Source: an uncultured Chloroflexia bacterium (GTDB lineage Bacteria > Chloroflexota > Limnocylindria > Limnocylindrales > CSP1-4). Taken from it: a stretch of 64,000 nucleotides of DNA. Where the stretch lies: the NCBI GenBank assembly GCA_963828165.1, contig CAWHDR010000005.1, positions 210,550-274,549 of the forward strand, in the 5' to 3' direction. Shown here piece after piece: positions 19,870-30,366 of the stretch (within the stretch, counting starts at the first letter, position 1; the number at the start of each line of letters is the position of its first letter). Made by a program: the position numbers and the translations under genes. The notes beneath the pieces were generated by a model. It did not search any database. It had not been told where the DNA came from and saw only the letters and a program-made list of their open reading frames with translations.

Positions 19870-20881
19870 ATGAGCACCGTCACCGCGTCCCGCGTCCAGC
19901 CGCGGCTGTCGCTCCGACGCCCTGGCGACGCCTTGCCACGTTCGTCGATCGGGACCGCGCCCATGCTCTGGAGCAACGCCGACGGAACCCCGCGCGACGG
20001 GACCGACGCGCTGGCGATCCTCGATGAGATCGCCCGGGTCGGGTATGAGGGCACCCAGCTCGGCGACGGCTTCCCGGAGGGTGCCCCGCTCCGGGAAGCC
20101 CTCCACGAGCGAAGGCTACGCCTGGCCGAGGTCTACGTCCCCATCCCCGCGACCGTCGACGGCCCGGCTGCCGACGCGCTGGCCATCGCCGAGGAGCGGC
20201 TGCGGCTGCTGCACGACGGCGAAGGCGAGGTGCTGTGCCTGGCGATCGACGGATCCCCCGATCGCGACGCGGCAGCGGGCCGGGCGAGCGAGCCCGGCAC
20301 GCCGGTCCTCACCGACGCTGGCTGGGCGTCGCTTGTCGAGCTCATCCACGCCATCGCGGACCGCGCGGCCCCGCTTGGCCACCCGGTCGTCTTCCACCCG
20401 CACGGCGGGACGTTCATCGAGACCCCGGCCGAGGTCGAACGGCTCGCGGCCTGCACCGACCCGGAACGGATGGGGATCTGCCTGGACGTCGGGCACTACC
20501 TGGTCGGTGGCGGCGATCCCGTGGCGGCGATCCGCGCCCTCGGCGATCGGGTCGCGCATGTGCACCTCAAGGACGTCGACCCAGCGGTTCTCATCGGGCT
20601 GCAGACCGGCGCCGTCGACGGACTCGGTCATGCCATCCGCGAGCGGGTGTTCACCGAGCTCGGGGCCGGGATGCTCGACCTCGACGGCGTCATCACCGCG
20701 CTCATGGAGCTCGACTACGCGGGCTGGCTCATCGTCGAGCAGGACACGACCTGGGCGCCACCGTCGGAGAGCGCGGCGATCGGACGGCGCGTGCTCGCGT
20801 CGACGTTGCGCCGGCTCGGCAAGGAGGCTCGGAGGCTCGGCGGGCTCGGCGGGCTCGGCGGGCTCGGCGGGCTCGGCGTGA
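19870..20881 (+). CDS. iolE: IolE-like inosose dehydratase (as read, fused in frame to the downstream IolG-like gene)
   Basis: GTAPMLWSN, FHPHGGT, LDVGH, HVHLKDV and VEQD motifs. Confidence 0.75.
20823..20877 (+). repeat. Tandem repeat (GGAGGCTC)x2 (GGCGGGCTC)x4 at the iolE/iolG junction
   Basis: Directly visible in the sequence. Confidence 0.9.
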
Positions 20882-21876
20882 GAGTCGCGCTTCTTGGTGC
20901 CGGGCGCATCGGCCGCCTGCACGCCCGACTCCTGGGCACGACCCCGGGCATCGACGCCCTTCTCGTCGCCGACGTTGACGCCGCGCGTGCCGGCGAGGTG
21001 GCGAGGGAGGTCGGGGCCACGGTCGCCGCGTCGATGGACGCCGCCCTCGACGCGGCGGACGCGGTCGTCATCGCGGCCGCCACCGGCGCCCATGCGGAGC
21101 TGATCCGCGCATCGATCGGCCGCGGCCTGCCGACGTTCTGTGAGAAGCCGCTGGCCGGCAACCTCGACGAGACGATCGCCCTCGCCGCGGACATCGAGCG
21201 GTCCCGAGCGGCGTTCCAGCTCGGGTTCCAGCGCCAATTCGACCCGGCGTACCGCGAGGTCCACCGGCTGATCCACAGTGGCGAGCTCGGGACCCTCTAC
21301 GCGGTCCGCCTCGCGGGCCATGACCCGGAGCCGGCGCACGAGGCGTACATCGCCCAATCCGGCGGGATATTCCGCGACTTCTCGATCCACGACTTCGACG
21401 TCCTGCGCTGGATGACGGGCTGCGAGGTCGAAGAGGTCTACGCGGACGGCGGCGTCCGCGAGTTCCCGGTCTTCGCGAAGTACAGCGACGTCGACACGGC
21501 GGTGGTCACGCTCCGCCTCGCCGATGGCCCATTCACGGTGATGACCGTGACTCGTCACGATCCGCTGGGGTACGACATCCGGGCAGAGATCTTCGGCTCT
21601 CGCGACAGCGTCGCCGTCGGGCTCGGGCCGCAGACCCCGTTGCGCTCCGTGGAGCCGGGTGTTCCACCGCCTGCGGGACCGGCGTGGAAAGACTTCCTCA
21701 TGCGCTTCGAATCGGCCTATGCTGCCGAATTCGTGGCGTTCCTCGCGATGGCTCGCGGCGAAGCCCCGAGTCCTTGCACGGCACAGGACGGCGTCGCCGC
21801 ATTGCGCGTGGCGGAGGCGGCCGATCGAGCGCTCCACGAACACCGCCCCGTGCGGCTCGCGGAGATCCCCGGCTGA
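20878..21876 (+). CDS. iolG: Inositol 2-dehydrogenase-like Gfo/Idh/MocA oxidoreductase
   Basis: [31 protein letters not shown] and GYDIRAE motifs. Confidence 0.8.
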   Translation: MRVALLGAGRIGRLHARLLGTTPGIDALLVADVDAARAGEVAREVGATVAASMDAALDAADAVVIAAATGAHAELIRASIGRGLPTFCEKPLAGNLDETIALAADIERSRAAFQLGFQRQFDPAYREVHRLIHSGELGTLYAVRLAGHDPEPAHEAYIAQSGGIFRDFSIHDFDVLRWMTGCEVEEVYADGGVREFPVFAKYSDVDTAVVTLRLADGPFTVMTVTRHDPLGYDIRAEIFGSRDSVAVGLGPQTPLRSVEPGVPPPAGPAWKDFLMRFESAYAAEFVAFLAMARGEAPSPCTAQDGVAALRVAEAADRALHEHRPVRLAEIPG

Positions 21877-22012
21877 GGGGCCGGAGGAAGGAGGTGTCCA
21901 TGGCGGCCCTCGGTGGCCGCGTCCAAGCAGCGTTCCATGGGACTCGCCCGCCGGGCGGGACTCGCACTGGGTCCGTGGCATCCGCCACGGTCATTGGAGG
22001 AGAACGAACGGC

Positions 22013-23020
22013 ATGAATCTGCGAACCAGGACGCTCGCGGCGCTCGCCGTCGGGGCGATGATCGTCGGAGCCTGTCAGGCGGGGACGCCGACCGGAAGCT
22101 CTGCGGCCGGAGGCCTCGATGGTGCGCTCGTCAAGCGCAGCGATATCAAGATCGAGTACGTGACCCACGGCCAGGCCCAGGACGGCTTCTGGGGCGTGGT
22201 CCGGAACGGCGTGAAGGCCGGAGCGGCCGACATGGGCGTGACGGCGACCTACAACGCTCCGAGCGCTGAGAGCGACATGCCCGGCATGGTCTCCCTCATC
22301 GACGCGGCCATCGCCAAGAAGCCCACCGGATTGGTCGTTTCGATCCCGAACCCCGACGCGCTCGGGCCGGCCATCCAGAAGGCCGTCGACGCCGGTATCG
22401 CGGTCGTCTCGATGAACTCCGGTTCGGACGTGTTCCGGGAGCTCGGCGTGCTGGCCCACGTCGGTCAGACCGAGTACGAAGCCGGCCTGGGCGCCGGTGA
22501 GCGATTCAAGGAGGCCGGCGTGAAGAACGCCGTCTGCTTCAATCAGGAAGTCGGCAACCAGGCGCTGACCCTCCGCTGCAACGGGTTCTTCATGGGCCTG
22601 ACCGGCAGCGAGGAAGGCGAGGTCCTGACCGGCAACATCTCCGACCCGGCCGGCATGCAAGCCTCGATCGAGGCGGCCCTCCAGGCCGATGCGACCATCG
22701 ACGGCATCCTGACCCTTGGACCCTCCGTGGCCAAGCCGGCGCTCGACGCCGTCACGGCGTCAGGCAAGACCGTCCATCTCGCGACCTTCGACCTCAGCGC
22801 CGACGTGCTGACGGCGATCAAGGACGGGAAGATGGACTTCGCCATCGATCAGCAGCAGTTCCTCCAGGGCTACCTGCCGATCGTCATCCTCACGAACTAC
22901 GCGGAGACGCGGAACCTGCCGACCGGTAACGGCCAGGGGCTGGTCATGACCGGCCCGGGCTTCGTCACCGCGGAGAACGCCGAGGCCGTCATCGGGCTCG
23001 CCGCCAAGGGTCTCCGCTGA
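22013..23020 (+). CDS. Sugar (inositol-type) ABC substrate-binding lipoprotein
   Basis: VGAC lipobox, VTHG..DGFW, HVGQTE and DQQQFLQGY motifs. Confidence 0.9.
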   Translation: MNLRTRTLAALAVGAMIVGACQAGTPTGSSAAGGLDGALVKRSDIKIEYVTHGQAQDGFWGVVRNGVKAGAADMGVTATYNAPSAESDMPGMVSLIDAAIAKKPTGLVVSIPNPDALGPAIQKAVDAGIAVVSMNSGSDVFRELGVLAHVGQTEYEAGLGAGERFKEAGVKNAVCFNQEVGNQALTLRCNGFFMGLTGSEEGEVLTGNISDPAGMQASIEAALQADATIDGILTLGPSVAKPALDAVTASGKTVHLATFDLSADVLTAIKDGKMDFAIDQQQFLQGYLPIVILTNYAETRNLPTGNGQGLVMTGPGFVTAENAEAVIGLAAKGLR

Positions 23021-23100
23021 CGTAGTGCTTGCGGCCGGCGTACCGGCGCAAAGGGAGGGACCGGCACGGTCGGTCCCTCCCGAACACCTCGGAGGGAACC

Positions 23101-24180
23101 ATGGCGAGCACGACGACCACGGCCCCGCGAGCCCCGGGCTCGGACCGACTTCGAACCGTCTCCCTGACCCAGCGGATCCTCGCCCGCCCGGCGGCGGGCG
23201 CATTGATCATCGTCGTGTTCGTGTGGGTCGTCTTCGCGGCGATCTCTTTGGCCCGTGGGAACACCGCCTTCATGGGCATCCCGGGCACGCTCAACTACCT
23301 GGACGTCGCGGCCCAGGTCGGGATCGTCGCGACCGCGGTCGCCCTGCTCATGATCGCGGGCGAGTTCGACCTGTCGATCGGATCGATGGTCGGCTTCGGC
23401 GGGATCCTGATCGGCATCGGGGTCACCATCTGGGGCCTGCCGGTCTGGCTGTCGATCATCATGGCGATGATCGCGACCACCGTTCTCGGCGTGATCAACG
23501 GCCTGATCGTGGTGCGGACCGGGCTCCCGTCGTTCATCGTCACGCTGGCCACGCTCTTCATCATCCGTGGCGCCTCGTCGGTCCTGACGTCGACGGTGAC
23601 CAACATCACGTACATCCCGATCGACCCGACGCGCATCGAGGGTGACCCTCTTGCGGAGATCTTCGGTTGGAGCATGCCGGTAACCATCGGTGATCAGACC
23701 GGGACCCTGCAGGTATCGATCATCTTCTGGATCCTCATCGCGATCGTGGGCATCTACGTGCTCGGCCGAACGCGATTCGGCAACTGGATCGCGGGCGTGG
23801 GCGGCTCGGCCGGAGCGGCGCGCAACCTCGGTGTCCCCGTGGCTCGCGTCAAGATCGCGCTCTTCGCCATGACGGCGTTCTCGGCATCCATCCTGGCGGC
23901 GATCCAGAGCGTACGGTTCAACTCGGCCGACATCCTGCGCGGCACTGGCATCGAGCTCGACGCGATCACCACCGCGGTCATCGGCGGATCGCTGTTGACG
24001 GGCGGCTACGGCTCGGTCGCGGGCACCGCGCTCGGTGCACTCGCGCTGGGGATGGCCCGCCAGGGCATCGTCTTCGCCGACATCAATGCCGACTGGTACA
24101 AGATCGCGATCGGCACGCTGCTGCTGGTGGCGGTCGTCCTCAACAACTGGATCCGGCGTCGGTTCGCCGGACTGACCTAG
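23101..24180 (+). CDS. Sugar ABC permease (RbsC-like)
   Basis: [23 protein letters not shown] and [12 protein letters not shown] motifs. Confidence 0.92.
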   Translation: MASTTTTAPRAPGSDRLRTVSLTQRILARPAAGALIIVVFVWVVFAAISLARGNTAFMGIPGTLNYLDVAAQVGIVATAVALLMIAGEFDLSIGSMVGFGGILIGIGVTIWGLPVWLSIIMAMIATTVLGVINGLIVVRTGLPSFIVTLATLFIIRGASSVLTSTVTNITYIPIDPTRIEGDPLAEIFGWSMPVTIGDQTGTLQVSIIFWILIAIVGIYVLGRTRFGNWIAGVGGSAGAARNLGVPVARVKIALFAMTAFSASILAAIQSVRFNSADILRGTGIELDAITTAVIGGSLLTGGYGSVAGTALGALALGMARQGIVFADINADWYKIAIGTLLLVAVVLNNWIRRRFAGLT

Positions 24181-24191
24181 GAGGGCTGACC

Positions 24192-25079
<888 letters not shown>

Positions 25080-25104
25080 GCGGGAGGCGCGCGCACCCGA
25101 CCTC

Positions 25105-26175
25105 ATGACGGCGACGATCGGCGACGTCGCGCGTCGGGCGGGCGTCTCGACCGCGACGGTCAGCCGGGTGCTGGCCGGCCTCGGTGGAGCGCGCGCGGAG
25201 ACACGCGAGCGCGTGCTTGATGCGGCCCGCGCGCTCGACTACCGGCCGTCGGCGGTCGCCCGCTCGTTGAAACTGCGGACCACCAAGACCCTCGGGCTCA
25301 TCATCACCGATATCGAGAACCCCTTCTTCCCGCAGCTCGTGCGCGCCGTGGAGGACGTCGCCCGGGAGCATGGGTTCGTGCTCCTGCTGTGCAACGCCGC
25401 CGACGACCCGGATCGGGAGGCGTCGTATCTCGACCTGCTCGTCGACCGGCGGGTCGATGGCGTCGTGATCGCCGTGAGTGGCCTGGGCGTCCGCCACCGG
25501 GAGTGGCTGGCCGAGCCACCGCTGCCGGTGGTCCTCGTCAACACGACGGCGCCGGGGCTCCCCCACCCATCGATCGCGTCCGACAACGTCGACGGTGGGC
25601 GACAGGCCGCGGCGCATCTGCTCGACCTCGGCCATCGGCGGATCGGTGTCCTGACCGCGGGTGCCCGGCACGCCGCCGCCCCGGAACGTGTGGCCGGCGT
25701 GCAACGAGCCTTCCAGGATCGCGGGCTGGACCCGGCGTCGGTCCCGATCGTCGTCGGGGAGCCGGACGTCCATGGTGGTGAGTCGGGGCTGGGCCGACTG
25801 CTGGTCGAGGCACCCGACACGACCGGGGTCGTCGCCTACAACGACCTCATGGCCATCGGGGCGATGCGTGCGATCCGCGCGTGTGGGCGCACCGTTCCGG
25901 ACGACGTCAGCGTCGTCGGCTTCGATGATGTCGCGATCGCTGCCTACACCGATCCACCGCTGACGACCATCGCCCAGGCCATCGGCGAGCTCGGGCGTTG
26001 GGCGGTCGAGCGATTGGTAGAGCGTCTCTCGGATGGCGGAGCGGCGTTCGATGGGCACGAGCCGGCGGGGGGCGAGCCCAGAGGCTCGGCACTGCCTGGG
26101 GCTGTGTTGGCGGTCCGGCTGGTGGCGCGCGGCTCCAGCGGTCCGCCGCGCGAGGCTTTCACGCTGCGGGTCTGA
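25105..26175 (+). CDS. LacI family transcriptional regulator
   Basis: TIGDVARRAGVSTATVSRVL HTH, NPFF, VVGFDD. Confidence 0.95.
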   Translation: MTATIGDVARRAGVSTATVSRVLAGLGGARAETRERVLDAARALDYRPSAVARSLKLRTTKTLGLIITDIENPFFPQLVRAVEDVAREHGFVLLLCNAADDPDREASYLDLLVDRRVDGVVIAVSGLGVRHREWLAEPPLPVVLVNTTAPGLPHPSIASDNVDGGRQAAAHLLDLGHRRIGVLTAGARHAAAPERVAGVQRAFQDRGLDPASVPIVVGEPDVHGGESGLGRLLVEAPDTTGVVAYNDLMAIGAMRAIRACGRTVPDDVSVVGFDDVAIAAYTDPPLTTIAQAIGELGRWAVERLVERLSDGGAAFDGHEPAGGEPRGSALPGAVLAVRLVARGSSGPPREAFTLRV

Positions 26176-26238
26176 GCGCAGTCCGCGAGCCTCCGCCGGG
26201 ACGTGCCACACGGGTTCCCGCGGACACGCCGAGCCCGA

Positions 26239-27246
26239 TCACGCAGCCGGCGGGCCCTCCGACCAGAACCTGCTGGCATCCTCAGTCGGGATCTCGCTGA
26301 CCGTTCCGGGCGCCGCATCGCGCTCCAGGCGAGTCCTGACGGCCACCAGGTCCGGCACACCGTCGAGGCCCCAATCCTCCACGACCAGCGAGCCGGCCGC
26401 CGCCGCGAATCGCAGGTCCAACGCGTCGCGGATCGCCCGACGCATCGTCGTGTGCACGCCCCCGGCAGCCTCGCTGCCGGCCGCCCGGATCCCCGAGGCG
26501 TGGAGCGCGGCGAGGAACGTGTCCCCTGCCCCGGTGGGATCGACCTCATCGCCGCTGGCGGGTGGGCGGTAGCGGAGCATCTTCGGCGGGTCGACCGGGC
26601 CGAGCCGGACCAGCAGGCCGCCCGCGGCGCCCTCGGTCACCAGCAAGTCGGCTCCCGGTCGCAGGAGGCGCTCCAGGGCCAGCAGCGGGACGTCTCGCGG
26701 AACGTCGTGGCGGCTGACACCGATGAGATCGGCGCGCTCGAGGATCGGCGACGGACGCGGCGCCAGCCGGCGCACCTGCTCGCCGGGGCGCAGGTCGCGC
26801 AGGAACCCTTGCCACGCGACCGCGACGTGCGCCCCTGGTGGGACGACCCGCGCCCAGTCGTCGCGGACCTCGCCGGCAACCGGCACGACGGACCAGCCGG
26901 GCGCAGCCATCCATGCCGGTGGCAGGATCGCAAGGGGCAGCGGGACGCCGGGCTGGACGCACGTCTGCACGCGACCGTTCTCGGTTTCGACGTTGTGGTA
27001 GATGGGGCCCTCGGGCAAGTCCACGCGAAGGATGTCGACCCCGGCCGCCCCCAGCATCGTCAGTTCGGCCGCATCGGCGGCGTCACGGTCGACGCCGACC
27101 ACCGCGGCGGTCCGCAGCCCGAGCCTCGCCGTCGTGAGCGCCGCGTACATGACGCCACCGCCGATGCGCCACCCACGCGGGTCCTCGGGCGCGACGTCGC
27201 GACAGGCCGAACCGACGTGTACGACCTCGATATCGGGTCGAGTCAT
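26239..27246 (-). CDS. PfkB family carbohydrate kinase
   Basis: GGGVMY, VTEGAAG and DPTGAGDTF motifs. Confidence 0.85.
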   Translation of the reverse strand: MTRPDIEVVHVGSACRDVAPEDPRGWRIGGGVMYAALTTARLGLRTAAVVGVDRDAADAAELTMLGAAGVDILRVDLPEGPIYHNVETENGRVQTCVQPGVPLPLAILPPAWMAAPGWSVVPVAGEVRDDWARVVPPGAHVAVAWQGFLRDLRPGEQVRRLAPRPSPILERADLIGVSRHDVPRDVPLLALERLLRPGADLLVTEGAAGGLLVRLGPVDPPKMLRYRPPASGDEVDPTGAGDTFLAALHASGIRAAGSEAAGGVHTTMRRAIRDALDLRFAAAAGSLVVEDWGLDGVPDLVAVRTRLERDAAPGTVSEIPTEDASRFWSEGPPAA

Positions 27247-27298
27247 CCCACCTCCCCGCGTATACTGCCGGACCCAGCCAGCGAGGACCGAGCGAGCC

Positions 27299-27688
27299 GT
27301 GTTCTTCTACGAGCTGCACGAGGGCGACACCGAGATCTACTCGGATGTCCTGGTCGTCAGCGAATCCGAATGGGAGCCGCAGGAGTTCTTCGAGCTCGTC
27401 CAGCGCATCCGCCACGATCTCAAGGAATACTCCGAGGACACGCTCATCGAGGCGATCGCCATGATCCTCGAACGTGACCATGGCTTCGTGTTCGTCAACG
27501 ACGAGCGCCTCGTCGCAGCCGTGAACGTCTCTACCGAGGACGCCGACAACTTCCTGGCCGACCTCGATGCCGCCTACGGCGACGAGGATGACGACGACGA
27601 CGATGACGATGACGACGCGGAACCGCGCGGCGACTACCGAACGCTGCTGGCGGAGCTCGACCTGGACGACAAGAGCCGCTCGAACTAG
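27299..27688 (+). CDS. Small very acidic hypothetical protein with poly-Asp tract
   Basis: GTG after GAGG; GC3-biased codons; TATACT -10-like box at 27261. Confidence 0.75.
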   Translation: MFFYELHEGDTEIYSDVLVVSESEWEPQEFFELVQRIRHDLKEYSEDTLIEAIAMILERDHGFVFVNDERLVAAVNVSTEDADNFLADLDAAYGDEDDDDDDDDDDAEPRGDYRTLLAELDLDDKSRSN

Positions 27689-27689
27689 C

Positions 27690-28018
27690 GGCCGCCGGAC
27701 CGAGGCACGCACGGCAACCCGGCCCCAACAACCTGCCAAAGGTGCACTCCCTGCACTTTCGGAGGCCAGCCCGTCCCTGACGGCCGGCTCGGGATCGTTC
27801 CGGAGCCTCCGTCGAGCCGGGCCCCCGCACGAAAGGCCGAGTCCGGTCGCCCGCCGGCGCCACCGAATTCGCACGAAGGTGCATCCCATGCACATCTGTC
27901 AGTGCGCGACGTGTTTGTGGGCGGCCTACCCCGCTGTTCCTGCCGGATCGGCATTGAGTGGCGGCGAGGACCACGCCACCCGGGAGGCAATGCCGCCTGC
28001 ATATCACACGCGGCGGCC
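27690..28018 (-). ncRNA. Structured ncRNA resembling the 5' half of OLE RNA (compact OLE-like RNA)
   Basis: Ordered motifs GCCUCCC, CCACUCAAUGCCGAUCCGGCAGGAACAGCGGGGUAGGCC, GCACCUUCGUGCGAAUUC and GGACUC match my recollection of the OLE consensus; 5' and 3' ends pair; many hairpins. Confidence 0.6.
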
Positions 28019-28123
28019 CATCCCGCCGGGCTTGAATCGGCACTGATCCGCCCATCGTGCCCGAGCGTCATGTGGTGACGATCTGGCAGGAGGACGGGCT
28101 GGCTGGCGCGCCCCGCCCGGACC

Positions 28124-29227
28124 TCAGCGGCTGAACAGGATCTCGAGCACGTCCCCGTCCTTGACCCGGTAGGTCTTTCCCTCCGACCGCAGGCGCCCCG
28201 CCTTCTTCGCCTCGCCCATCGAGCCGAGCTTGAGCAGGTCCTCGTAGGCGACGGTCTCGGCACGGATGAACCCGCGGGCAAGATCGGTGTGGATGGCGCC
28301 GGCAGCGTCCACGGCCGTGGAACCGTCCGGGACCGGCCAGGCACGGACTTCGTCAGGGCCTGCGGTCAGGAACGAGACGAGCCCGAGCAGCCGATAGGAC
28401 AGGGCGATCACGCGATCGAGGCTCGACCCGGCGATACCGAGCTCTTCCATGAACGTCGCCGCCTCGTCGGGCTCGAGCTCACCGAGCTCCATCTCGATCT
28501 TCGCCGACAGCGCATCGACCATCGCGTGCTGGTGCGGGTAGCTCGCGACGATGCGCTCGACGAGCGCGGGCGCGGTCGCGAGGTCGCCCTCCCCGACGTT
28601 GAGCAGCACGAGCACGGGCTTCTCGGTCAGGAATCGGAACCCGCGGATCGCCTTCGCGTCGTCGGCATCGAGCCCCAGGTCCCGGATCGGCGTTCCCGCC
28701 TCGAGACCTTCGTGGATCCGGCGCAGCACGACCTCTTCGCGCCCCGCCGCCTCGCGTTCCGCCTGGGTGCCGTGCTGGCCGCTGCCCTTGAGCCGCTCCA
28801 GCCGGCGTTCGGTCATCGCGAGGTCGGCGAGCGTGAACTCGAGGTCGAGCTGCTCGAGGTCGCGTGCGGGATCGACGCTGCCGGCCGGATGCGGATTGGC
28901 CGGATCCTCGAACGCGCGGACGACGTGCAGCAACGCGTCCGAGTCGCGAAGCCGCGCGAGGTGGTCGGCGGGTAGCTCCTCAGTGCCCACCCGGCCCTCG
29001 GACGAGGCCGGCGGGGCCGGCAGGTCCACATAGGTGACGTCGGCCTGGACGATCTTCTTGGGCTTGAAGATCTCGGCGAGCCGGTCGAGCCGAGCGTCGG
29101 GCACCTTGACGACCCCGACATTGAGCGTGACCCCACCATAGCCCCCGGTTTCCGCGTGGCCGCGGGTCAGCGTATTGAACACGGTCGTCTTGCCCGAACC
29201 GGCAAGGCCGACGATGGCGATCTGCAT
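28124..29227 (-). CDS. ychF: Redox-regulated ATPase YchF (Obg family)
   Basis: GLAGSGKTTVFN, VKVPDARL, HVVRAF, IHTDLARGFIRAE and GKTYRVKDGD motifs. Confidence 0.92.
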   Translation of the reverse strand: MQIAIVGLAGSGKTTVFNTLTRGHAETGGYGGVTLNVGVVKVPDARLDRLAEIFKPKKIVQADVTYVDLPAPPASSEGRVGTEELPADHLARLRDSDALLHVVRAFEDPANPHPAGSVDPARDLEQLDLEFTLADLAMTERRLERLKGSGQHGTQAEREAAGREEVVLRRIHEGLEAGTPIRDLGLDADDAKAIRGFRFLTEKPVLVLLNVGEGDLATAPALVERIVASYPHQHAMVDALSAKIEMELGELEPDEAATFMEELGIAGSSLDRVIALSYRLLGLVSFLTAGPDEVRAWPVPDGSTAVDAAGAIHTDLARGFIRAETVAYEDLLKLGSMGEAKKAGRLRSEGKTYRVKDGDVLEILFSR

Positions 29228-29267
29228 GGCCGCGATCGTAACGGCCGGGGCGCGATGACGGGTGGGA

Positions 29268-30366
29268 CTAGTACCCGGCCTCGGGGTCCACCACGTTGAG
29301 CAGCGGCTCGCCCCTTGCGAACCGGCGCAGGTTGTCGCAGAACAGCTCGACGCTGCGGTCCAGCACGCGGCCGCTCGACCAGGCGGTGTGGGGCGTGACG
29401 ATCACGTTGTCGAGGTCGTAGAACGGCGACGTGGCTGGCAGCGGCTCGTCGCGGAACGTGTCGAGCACCGCGCCGCCGAGCGGGCCGTCGTGCAGGGCAC
29501 GGAGCAGCGCGCGCTCGTCGATGAGCCGGCCGCGCGCGACGTTGATCAGCCACGCCCCGGGCTTGACCATGGCCAGCGTCTCGTCGTTGATCATCGAGTC
29601 GGTCTCGGACGTGAGCGGGGCCGCCAGGACGATGAAATCGGACTCACCCAGGAGCTCCGGCAGCGTGTCGGGCCCACCGACCCGGTCGAGCATCGCCTCT
29701 CCGAATGAGCGCTCGTCCTGATCCCCCGCTGAGACGCTCGCGTCCTCCGCCCTGGCTGTGTCCGCGACCGTGTCCGGTGCCGCGCGCGCTGCCGCTGCCC
29801 GGCGATCGGCGCACGGCGACGACGCGGCAGCCAAAGGCGGTCGCCAAGGCCCCGACGGCGCGCCCGATCGAACCAAGCCCCACGATGCCAACCGTCACGT
29901 CGCGCAGCTCCGCTCCCTCGAGCGGCTGCCAGGTCCGCTCTTGTTGGAGATCGAGGAGCTGTGGCAACCGCCGGCTCACCGACAGGATCATCATCAGGAC
30001 GTATTCCGCGATGGGCCGGCTGAACACCCCGCGGGCGTTCGTCACGACCACGCCGCGTTCGAGTGCCGCCGGGGTGAGGGCGCCCTCGACGCCCGAGGTC
30101 GCCGAGTGCACCCAGGCGAGCTGTGGCGCCCGCGCGAGCAGCCGGTCGAATGCGTCCGGTTTCAGCCAGCCGCGGAGCATGACCTCGACGTCATCGACCG
30201 GGCCGTCGGCGAGGCCTTCGACGGACACCGTCACCAACCGGGCGCCGGGAGCCGCAGCACGGATCCGCTCGAGGTCGCGCGACCGGTAACGGGCGGACAG
30301 GATCGGGCTCAGCGCGATAGCCGCGGGCGCACCGCCCGGACCGCGGCCGGGTCCCGCGCCGGTCAC
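29268..30366 (-). CDS. D-2-hydroxyacid dehydrogenase (apparent +1 frameshift near 29770-29805)
   Basis: N-half (TNARG, GIVGLGSIG) and C-half (INVARG, EPLP, TPHTA) lie in adjacent frames. Confidence 0.85.

Noticed and set aside
27690-28018. tmRNA, RNase P, SRP, cobalamin riboswitch or group II intron identity for the structured region
   Set aside because: No tRNA-like ends with CCA, no GAGGAAAGUCC, no SRP GGAA/AGCAG loop, no B12 box, no domain V or RT.
27531-28344. Overlapping ORFs across the 27.7-28.1 kb gap (27567-28046 +, 27531-28055 -, 27685-28344 -)
   Set aside because: Arg/Pro-rich, with no motifs, RBS or GC3 bias; a structured RNA explains the region better.
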